Shown: one piece after another, positions 1 to 9,100 of the stretch
Numbering within the stretch: the first letter of the stretch is position 1
How the letters are laid out: each line of letters starts with the position of its first letter
Source: an uncultured Clostridia bacterium
GTDB lineage: Bacteria; Bacillota; Clostridia; Christensenellales; UBA1242
Reading direction: 5' to 3'
NCBI GenBank assembly: GCA_947630405.1
Contig: CANRHL010000001.1
Span: 92,971 to 156,970 of the forward strand
DNA: 64,000 nucleotides
The notes under the pieces: generated by a model
The model's input: only the letters and a program-made list of their open reading frames with translations
Told to the model about the DNA's origin: nothing
Database searches by the model: none
Made by a program: the position numbers and the translations under genes

Positions 1-85
1 AAAAATTAAACAAAAACCACAAAAATAGAAAAATAAAAATAATCAAACCATTTTTAAAATAATAAAAAAATAATATAAACAAGGC

Positions 86-148
86 GAGAGTAAATTCTAC
101 AAAAATTTTTGTTTTTGTAAAAATTCACTCTTGTTTTTTTGTTTTTTT
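86..148 (+). terminator. imperfect long hairpin plus T-runs, probably the terminator of a gene lying upstream of the window
   Basis: GAGTAAATTCTACAAAAA (88-105) is imperfectly complementary to TTTTTGTAAAAATTCACTC (112-130), followed by TTGTTTTTTTGTTTTTTT. Confidence 0.35.
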
Positions 149-174
149 ATTTTTCGTGTGACAAACATTTAATT

Positions 175-696
175 ATGAAAAAATTTTTAGTTTTATTTTT
201 TGTTATTTTACTTGTTGGTGGCATTGCACTTGCCCTTCCTAAGACAGAGGATGACGATTATTTGCGCATACATATTCGAGCCAACAGCAACAGCGCGGTT
301 GACCAAAATGTTAAATATATTGTTAAAGATAAAGTAGTGGAATTTTTAACGCCGCATCTTTGCAACGTGGCAAGCAAAGACGAGGCAATTAAAATTGTAA
401 ATCGCCTCACACCGCAAATTGAAAGTTTGTGCCTTAGCACATTAAAAAACAATGGATTTAATTATTCGGTTAATGTGAAAATTAACAACGAATATTTTCC
501 AACGCGCACCTATGCAAACACCACCTTGGAAAGCGGCTATTATGATGCGGTTATTGTTGAACTTGGTGCGGCGGCAGGCGACAATTGGTGGTGCGTTATG
601 TACCCACCTTTATGTTTTGTGAATAAAAATGAAACGAACACGCAAATTAAATATAAATCGAAGATATTGGAGTGGATAAAATCTCTTTTCGATTAA
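175..696 (+). CDS. spoIIR: stage II sporulation protein R (SpoIIR)
   Basis: N-terminal signal/TM (MKKFLVLFFVILLVGGIALA). The LRIHIRANSNS and GDNWWCVMYPPLCF motifs match the SpoIIR family consensus as I remember it. Start moved to the ATG at 175 (track began at 139); no clear SD. Confidence 0.8.
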   Translation: MKKFLVLFFVILLVGGIALALPKTEDDDYLRIHIRANSNSAVDQNVKYIVKDKVVEFLTPHLCNVASKDEAIKIVNRLTPQIESLCLSTLKNNGFNYSVNVKINNEYFPTRTYANTTLESGYYDAVIVELGAAAGDNWWCVMYPPLCFVNKNETNTQIKYKSKILEWIKSLFD

Positions 697-706
697 GGAG
701 TGAAAA

Positions 707-1411
707 GTGAAAAAAGTTCTTTTATTTTTGCTTGTTGTGTTGTGCGGGGCGTTGAGCGTGTGGGGTGCAAACACAATTATAAAATTAAATAATGTTGCCG
801 AACAAAAAGCCGAGCATACCATTGCCCGCCTAGAGAATGTTGAAGCGGCAGTTGCCAACACGCGCGAAGTGCAAACGCGCCTTAAAAAGTGGGGTTATTA
901 TACGGGCAATGTGGATGGCATTAACGGGCCCAAAACTATTGCGGCAGTTAAAAAATTTCAAAAGAAATACGGCCTAACGCAAGACGGAATTGTGGGACCA
1001 TTAACCGCCGCCAAAATGGGGCTAAGCGTGAGTTCATCTAAAAGTTCATCCAACTATAACAGTAACGATAGATACCTGCTTGCAAAAGTAATTTACGCCG
1101 AAGCGCGTGGCGAAAGTTACACCGGGCAGGTGGCAATTGGCGCGGTGGTGTTAAATAGGGTTAGGGATAGCCGTTTTCCTAACACTGTTGCGGGCGTAAT
1201 TTATCAGCCTTGGGCGTTCACCGCCGTCAACGATGGGCAAATAAATTTAGAGCCAAATCAAACCGCATATCAGGCGGCAGACGATGCACTAAACGGCTGG
1301 GACCCAACCTATGGCGCAGTGTATTATTACAATCCGGCAACCGCCACAAGCAAGTGGATTTACACCACAAAAAAAGTTACGCAAATTGGCAAACACGTGT
1401 TTGCAGTTTAA
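707..1411 (+). CDS. sleB: spore cortex-lytic enzyme SleB-like (PG_binding_1 domain plus SleB/CwlJ-type hydrolase domain)
   Basis: GTG start 6 nt after AAGGAG. Signal peptide. KKWGYYTGNVDGINGPKTIAAVKKFQKKYGLTQDGIVG is a peptidoglycan-binding repeat. YAEARGESYTGQVAIGAVVLNRVRDSRFPNTVAGVIYQPWAFTAV is the hydrolase_2 signature. Followed by ypeB. Confidence 0.85.
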   Translation: MKKVLLFLLVVLCGALSVWGANTIIKLNNVAEQKAEHTIARLENVEAAVANTREVQTRLKKWGYYTGNVDGINGPKTIAAVKKFQKKYGLTQDGIVGPLTAAKMGLSVSSSKSSSNYNSNDRYLLAKVIYAEARGESYTGQVAIGAVVLNRVRDSRFPNTVAGVIYQPWAFTAVNDGQINLEPNQTAYQAADDALNGWDPTYGAVYYYNPATATSKWIYTTKKVTQIGKHVFAV

Positions 1412-1421
1412 GGGGGAATAA

Positions 1422-2849
1422 ATGAAAAAAGTTGTTAGTGAAGATATTGAAAAAGAAAAGCAAGAAAATTTGTCGAAAGTAAATCAAGATAAACAAACCA
1501 AGAAAAAGAGCAACGCGCAAAAAGCCGTGCCAATTTTGGTGGTGGTTATCATCACACTTTTAGTAATTTTAACTTGCGTGTTAATTGCCTATTATCAGGT
1601 GTATAAATCGGGCAAACAAAACGCCAACATTTTGGAGGGCGTTTACACTTCTAGTTATTATTCTATGGTGGATAATATCAATAATCTGGCGGTGGATATT
1701 TCCAAATATTCCACTCTCACCACCAAGCAAGCAAAGTTGAACACTCTAAACGATATGCGTGGCGATTGCAACTATATTTTGGCTGGCCTTAGCGTTATTC
1801 CAATTAACGAGGAAAATGTGGTTAGTGCCACCAAATTTTTTAACCAAGTTGACGGGCTTTGCGAGGCCTATGCAACAAAACTAAACAAGAACGAAGAACT
1901 AACGCAAGAGGAAGAAGTTATGTTTGATAAAATTGGCTTGGTGCTTGGCGAAATTAAGGAAAAATTCAACACGCAAAATTACGGCATGTACGACACAAAT
2001 TTTAATTTTATTGATGCCTCAATTTTTGATAACACGGGCATGAACGAAATTTCCTCTGGACTTGGCGATTTAACCAATGCAAGCATTGAATATCCATCTA
2101 TGATTTTTGATGGCCCGTTTTCAACCGCACTTGAAACAAGAGAGGTTAAAGGCCTACCTAAAAACGAAATTAGCAAGGACGATGCAACAAAATATTTAAA
2201 AGAAAAAGTTTATAAAAACCGAGATGTTGAAATTGAATTTAAAAATGAAACCGAAGGAGACATTTCCACATATGATTTTGAAATTATTATAGAGGGCAAA
2301 AAATATAACGCACAAGTAAGCAAGCGCGGTGGGTTACTTATAACCCTTTCAAGTTACGCAGAGGGTGGCGACCCAATTATGAAAGGCGAGCAAGCAAGCG
2401 AGATGGCAAACACTTTTGCAAATAACATTGGCTTTGAAAGTATGGAGCCGGTTTGGCTTGAAATTCACGAAAACGTGGCATATGTTAACCTTGCGCCAAC
2501 AATCGATGATGTTATTTATTACCCCGACCTTGTTAAAGTTAAAGTGGACCTAACTGGGCAAGATATTATTGGCTTTGAGGCAGTGAATTATGCACTAAAT
2601 CACGTAAAAAGAGCGCCACAATTTAATGTGGCCGAACAAGAAGCCGAAAAATTGCTTGGCTTTGACTACGAAATTTTAAAGATTTCAAAAACAGTTATAA
2701 AACTTGATTCGGGCAAGGAAATTGCCGCCTACGAGTTTATGACCGAGCGAATTGACGGGCTTTATTACTATTACATTGACGCCAACACCAACCAAATTGC
2801 CAAGACAATGAAAGTGGTGTCAATTAAGGGTGTTCAAAAATTAATTTAA
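1422..2849 (+). CDS. ypeB: germination protein YpeB-like (N-terminal TM, PepSY-like C-terminal region)
   Basis: Immediately downstream of sleB (conserved sleB-ypeB synteny). AAGGGGGA SD. One N-terminal TM helix. Size about 475 aa, typical of YpeB. Confidence 0.7.
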   Translation: MKKVVSEDIEKEKQENLSKVNQDKQTKKKSNAQKAVPILVVVIITLLVILTCVLIAYYQVYKSGKQNANILEGVYTSSYYSMVDNINNLAVDISKYSTLTTKQAKLNTLNDMRGDCNYILAGLSVIPINEENVVSATKFFNQVDGLCEAYATKLNKNEELTQEEEVMFDKIGLVLGEIKEKFNTQNYGMYDTNFNFIDASIFDNTGMNEISSGLGDLTNASIEYPSMIFDGPFSTALETREVKGLPKNEISKDDATKYLKEKVYKNRDVEIEFKNETEGDISTYDFEIIIEGKKYNAQVSKRGGLLITLSSYAEGGDPIMKGEQASEMANTFANNIGFESMEPVWLEIHENVAYVNLAPTIDDVIYYPDLVKVKVDLTGQDIIGFEAVNYALNHVKRAPQFNVAEQEAEKLLGFDYEILKISKTVIKLDSGKEIAAYEFMTERIDGLYYYYIDANTNQIAKTMKVVSIKGVQKLI

Positions 2850-2890
2850 AATAAAAATTTAATAAAAAAATTAAAAAATATCAAAAAATG

Positions 2891-2925
2891 CACAAAAAAA
2901 TCGAATTTTTGTGTGTTTTTTATTA
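2891..2925 (+). terminator. AT-rich rho-independent terminator after ypeB
   Basis: CACAAAAA (2891-2898) pairs with TTTTTGTG (2906-2913), followed by TGTTTTTTATT. Confidence 0.45.
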
Positions 2926-3040
2926 AAAAATGAATTAATTTTTAATTTTTTCCTATTTTTAATGCCCTTTTTTTATTAAAAAGGCACAAAAACAAGCCAA
3001 AAAAATTTATTAAAAATTAAACAAATAAATTTTAATTTAT

Positions 3041-3069
3041 TTGTATTTAAATTTTTCTTATGATATAAT
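3041..3069 (+). promoter_or_regulatory. sigma-A type promoter for the giant gene
   Basis: TTGTAT (3041-3046), 17-nt spacer, extended -10 TGaTATAAT (3061-3069). Confidence 0.55.
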
Positions 3070-3088
3070 TTGTATAAATTACAAATTA
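3066..3088 (+). promoter_or_regulatory. perfect 9-bp inverted repeat overlapping the -10 box and predicted transcription start (operator or 5' hairpin)
   Basis: TAATTTGTA (3066-3074), 5-nt loop, TACAAATTA (3080-3088). Confidence 0.35.
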
Positions 3089-3145
3089 AAAGTCGTAAAA
3101 TAAATATTTTTGTCTAGTATTGGCAAAATAAAAAGGGGAAGCATT

Positions 3146-6100
3146 TTGAAGGGGAAAATTAAAGTTTTTAGTAAAATAATTATTGCATTATTTGCGGTGC
3201 TTACCGCAGTTGTTTTAGTTGCCTTTGCGTTTAAAGATAAGGGGGCAAAAGGTTACGCCGAGTTTATTAAGAATGGCAACGATTATAGTGGCTTTACCGA
3301 GCAGGGCATGATTTTGTCGGTTGAAAAGGTTGGCGTTAGTGCGCAAGACGTTCAAAACTATGTGGATAATTCCGGCACTAGTTTTAAAACCCCGCTATAT
3401 TCAACCCCACTTGCTCCTGGAGAGGAAGAAGAACAAAAGAAAAATAAAGAAATTGAAAAAATGCTTGTTCCAGGCGGTGCATATTACTATAAAAATTTAA
3501 CCAACCAACTTGCAAGTGCTGGCAACTCAGAAAAATATGTTGTAAATAACGGCGAATTCGTTATGCTTAACAACCGCCTTTCTAACGGGCAATATATTAA
3601 CGACCAAATTAGTGATGCCTACACAGAAGAAGGCCCCGCAGTTAAAATGAGCGAAGCTATTTTAATTACGTTCGGTGGATATTTTAGATATACCGATGTG
3701 ACTGGCAATACCAAGTTCGGCAAGGCTGGGCAAGTTAATGATATGCAAGGAAGCATCGATGCACAAAATAGCGGCGCCAACATGGAGAATCTTATAGTTA
3801 ACATAACAAAGGATGGCCAGCCGCTTGAAATGACCAACGTTATTAGAACTTATAACACCTATTATCAGGATTTTGGGCTTATAATTCCGCAATTTCAAGA
3901 TGGTGAACAGAGCACCGAAGGGCATTATGTTTTAAACTTTAGTTATAGATACGATGGCAACCCTAGCTCTAACAATGTTTTTGAATTTAATTTGTTGTTT
4001 AGGTCGTCTTATCATGCAACCGAGTCGGTTGGCGAAGATCAATACACCGCCGAGCCAACAATATCCAAAGCGACAAGGGTCATAAATGAATCTAATAACC
4101 AATTTGAATATTTCTTAGGCAAGCAGGCTGACTACCCAGTTTTAGTTTACGATTACACTAAATATCACATGAGTTTCACGCACACTGCAAATGGTGTGGC
4201 AACAACTTGCGAATATACTGCCACAATTAATTCAACTGGCGAGTTATCCGCCACCCTTACTGCCGACATTCCTAACCAAACAGACGATGAACCGATATCT
4301 TACAACATGAGCAAATTTACGCGTGGCCGCAACAACTTTGTTGTGTTCGTGTTCACCGAAATGGGCAGTTACGATTTCCACTTTACCTACCTTTATGAAA
4401 CGATTGGCGAAAATGGCGCAATCAATTTAACATCTAGTGGAATGAACTTGCAGGTGGACGACCTTAGTTTGTCAATTTACGGACACGAACTTAAATATTC
4501 CCCAGTTGGCTATAGGGAAGCTGAATTGAGGAAAATAACTTTGTCTGGCAAACAGGGCGAGGCGGGGGAAAACCAGCGTGCCGATTTAATTGTGCCGGGC
4601 GATATTGAATATATTAACGCGCATAGGACAACTCAATTAAACGAACTTGGCCCTAAATTTGAATATAGAAATGATTCAACTGCAATGGTTGGCAGCGTAA
4701 TTGAAATGCTTGATGCAAACATTCAAACTCAGAGCGAAGAATATTTAACAAGCGGAGAGGGCATTACTTCAAAGGATGATGACATTATAGAGTTTGTAAG
4801 AGAGATAAACGAAATTAAAGACCAAGCAACAATTGACGCGGCAACAGAACAAAAGGTTGCTGATTGGCTTAACAACAAAATTGACTTTGTTAAAACTAAC
4901 CAGCCAAACATTTGGCTTGAAACTAATAATGCAATAAATAGAGATGCAAGTTTTTACTACACATCAACCAACAAAAACAATCTTTTAACTAAGCCTTCTC
5001 AAGATGGTGGAAGCCGCGTTCCACAAGAGCAACAGAAGTATATTAACACAACCACCTTCTCAACGGCAGGCTATTATTTAGTGTTTATTTATAACGATGT
5101 CTCAAATGAAAATGATTATTATCAAGTGTTTGCGTTTGAATATTCAGATGAAGTTATTGTGCCAAACATCGTTGAACAAAGCACAGAAGAATACGAGGGA
5201 AAAGTTATTGGCAGCCGCGGGTTTACAAACAAAAATGTTGAAATTTATTGGCAAAAACCAGGCGTGTTCGAAAAACAAGTTCAAGGCAAATATTATTATA
5301 TGTTGGATAGATATATTAACAATGAAATAACATTAGATTACATTGTTAGCCACGGCATTCAACAAAACTTAACTAGCGGGGACAAAAACATCGTTGGCAA
5401 CGAAGTGCCTGAAGGGCACGGCGCAACATTTGTTGTTAAAATTGAAGGCGATGGGCAGAGCTATAGAATTTTCACTATCGATAGGCAGCCAATTTCGGGC
5501 GTTGGGCTTTATGAGGTTAGGACAAACCCTGCAACTTTTGGCGGAGTGTATTACACAGTTAGCACGGATACAAACGGGCAATATGTTCAACTTACAAACG
5601 TTATAACAAACAGTTTGGCAACACTTAATTGGAACGACAAAAATAGTGGCGCAAAAATTACCGCACAATACACTTACACTCCGTTCACAAAATACACACC
5701 AACTGCCGATGACAATTCAAAAAAGATTAAAATGGTTGAAAACACCCCATCAAACGAACTATGGTTTACCACCAACTATCAGCTTGGGCAAACCAGTTCA
5801 ATTTTTGAGGACATTACAAAACCAACCGCGCTAAACGATATTTTAAGCGATGAAAATTTAATAAAAAATCAGGGCATATACCTATTTACCTTAACAGATG
5901 ATGCGGGCAACCAAACCAAATTTATGTTTGTTGTTGACGATACTGAATCCTACTTTTATGTGTATGAAGATGGCAAGGAAGGAGAAGGCAAATATTTAAC
6001 CGCATCAAGCGAGATGTATGCCTCCAGCACCAAAGTTAGAGTTAGCACGCACAAAGCCATTAACTTATTTTCAAGCACGGATGTAAGCACGGATATTGAC

Positions 6101-9100
6101 GAAACGGCAGACGACAAAAATAGGCAAGACCTTCTTAAAATTATATCTAACTTGAGTAGTGATGTTGAACTTAATAGCCTTAATTATTACACCGATGCCG
6201 GACACAGAAGTAACATTAGAAATTTGTTTGATAGCACCGGGCAGGGCACACTTGATTACTATTTAAAAGTTAGGAACAGAAGCCTTACCACATACGACAA
6301 TTTGGATAACTATAAGGGTGAGAACTCAATTGGCGAGATTTCAAGGATAAACAACTCAATTACAATTGAGCACAACGAAGAAGACGGAACTTCAACCGTG
6401 AGATTCCTTTATATAATTGGCGAAAATCAAATTTCTGCCGGCATAAATTTAGACCCAAGTAACACAAGTTACATTAGAAATTCAAGGTCATATTTGTTAA
6501 TTGAAATTAACACGGATAATTCACGTGGGTTCGTTTACTACGGCAACACCGATTTCACATCCAACCAAATCCCAGCAGATGGGAAATCTTCATCTGACGT
6601 GATTAGGTTATACACGGGCAACTCGCTAAACAATTTGGAAGCAACTTCGGACAACCATATTGCTTTTGTTTGGAACACAAGCAACAACGGCTTTACCGTG
6701 GAAAGCATAACTTATTCTTACTACACACTTGATGTTACAAATTACAGTGAGCAAACGGCATTCTACACACTTTCGGAAGAAGATGTTGTGCTTTATCAGT
6801 CGGGCGGTGGTTACGAAAAAGGCGCTTACACCTTTGATAACGGCAACCGCGCCTTTGCGCCAATTAGAAAAATTGGCAGGCAAACACAAGAGGGACTTTA
6901 TATAATCACGCGTACTTATACCGAGGGTGGCAATTTTGAAAAAGACGACCGAGAAAAACATTATTGGTTTATTGTGGATAGAAACGGCATAAAAACTTCG
7001 GGCATTAGCGGGGATAGAATAAGCACTAATTTGCTTAAAGACGAAACCACATTCAATTCATTCGGCCTTGTTGGCACAGAACTTGGCTCGGTTAATTTTG
7101 TGGAAGGCAAGGAACTTGTTGGGCCAATTGACTATAACGTTTATTTCACCACCAACAAACTTCCTGCAACACTTTCTATTCCAAACAACAAATATTATCA
7201 ATACGGCACAGGAGCAACACCAAATGTTTCTAACTACGCAATGGGTTTATTAAATGTTAAAGTGGTGTTTAAAGATACGGCATATCAACTTCAAAACATT
7301 CCAGGCTTTGCCGCAAGTAGCAACTTGTTAATTTATAGCGGCAATGCAGAAGTTAAAATAGACGCACAAAACAACCAATATTTTAATGTGGATTTCTATG
7401 ACTATCTCTCCAACTATAGCGATGTGCGCGTTAGAGATAGATTTGTAAATAGCGGAAACAACCACGATTGGATTTGCTTGCCGGGCGACTATGTTGTTAT
7501 TATTTCAGATAATGTAAGGAGCATTGAATATCCAAACGGCGGCAGCCACCAAATGGTGTTTGGCTTTAGGGTTAGCCCTAACGCACCGGCAGCAAATTTG
7601 GGCGCAATTTCAGAAAAAGTTTCAGGCGGAGAATTAACCTTTAGCGAAGGCGATAAACCAACCTTGAACGCGGACGGAAGTTATTCGTTAACCACAAACA
7701 AAGAATATATTGCGGTTGAATTGCCTGAATATGTTGTTGTGGAAAATTATTCCTATGAAAATAGGCAAAACGCATTGTACGCACAACTTGATGTTGAATA
7801 TTTGGTTGTAAAGAAAAATGGTGGTTACTATTTCAATTATAATCACGGAGATTTAGGCGAGGCAACGCACGACCTAAACAACGACCCAGATGTGGAAAAT
7901 AATAGATCTGGTCAAAACATTGTTTCGCGTAAAATTTATTTGAACACCGATTTAAGAAAAGCCGACGGCTCAATCAATTTAGATAATATCAGTACGCCAA
8001 TCAATTTTGAAATTACTGTAAGGTTTAAATTATATAACGCAAGATCAAGCGGATACGAAGAATTTTTAAATAGTTACTATTCATATGATGAAAATGGAAA
8101 TTTGCGGGATTATTATTACGCAACTTACAACATCACAATAGATAGGCAAGCACCAATTAATAACACTAATTATTTAGAGCAAAACGATGCACTTGTTAGC
8201 TATTATAATGAGGAAAATGGCACAAATAAAATGATTATGCCATATGCAAACGATAACCCTGTTTACTTCGCTAATAGATATGAAAGTTACTATTCAAGCA
8301 ACAAAAATCAAGCCAAAATTTATCCGTTTAAAGTTAGTTCAAGCACCCATTTTGATTTAACCGATGTAGAGCGAATTTTCTATAGGGCATACACATCTAA
8401 TTTAAACTTGCCAGTTGTGCCGGATGCCGAGCCAACTTGGCATGAATATAACCAGCGTGCTGACGATTTAACCTATGGTGATATAATTGGAGAATATCGT
8501 AGGGACCCTAACTTTAATATTGAAAACATTACCTATGTTGAAATGTTGGAAATAGATAAAGCGGGCAACGCAACGCAATATGTTGTGTTCTTTGATGATG
8601 GCTCAAATAGTTATGACGATTTAAACTTAGTGTTCAATGTTCGCACATTAAACAACAAACTCTTCGAAAATGATAATTTCACAATTAATCTATCCGAAAA
8701 CCGCACGCAAGATTTAAGCATATTTAATATAAGTGTGCCGCAAGATTTGGACGATGAAGAAGCCGTTTATGGTTCATATATCGACAAATTTTATCATTAT
8801 GAACTATTAAATTTGGCAACCAACACGCGCGTTAGCAAAAACACAAATTTAACAACGCAGTTCACAAAGAGCGGAATAATTTTGGATATTGTAAACTTAA
8901 TTAAAGATAGTGGCGAAGGCAACTACCGCCTAACCTTAATGAGCCGTACGCACACTGTTACAATAAATTTAAACTATTATAACGAAGCCACATTTGATGA
9001 AACCTTAACTCAACTAGACCCTGGCGCACTTGTGGAAGGCGTGGGCGAAAACACTCAAATCAATTTAACCAAAGCCAAAAAGGAAATTATTGAAGGAAGC

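Noticed and set aside
3110-3145. TTG at 3110 as the start of the giant gene (as in the ORF track)
   Set aside because: There is no SD in front of it, whereas TTG 3146 is 6 nt downstream of AAAGGGGA and yields a canonical signal-anchor N-terminus. The upstream start is kept only as an alternative.
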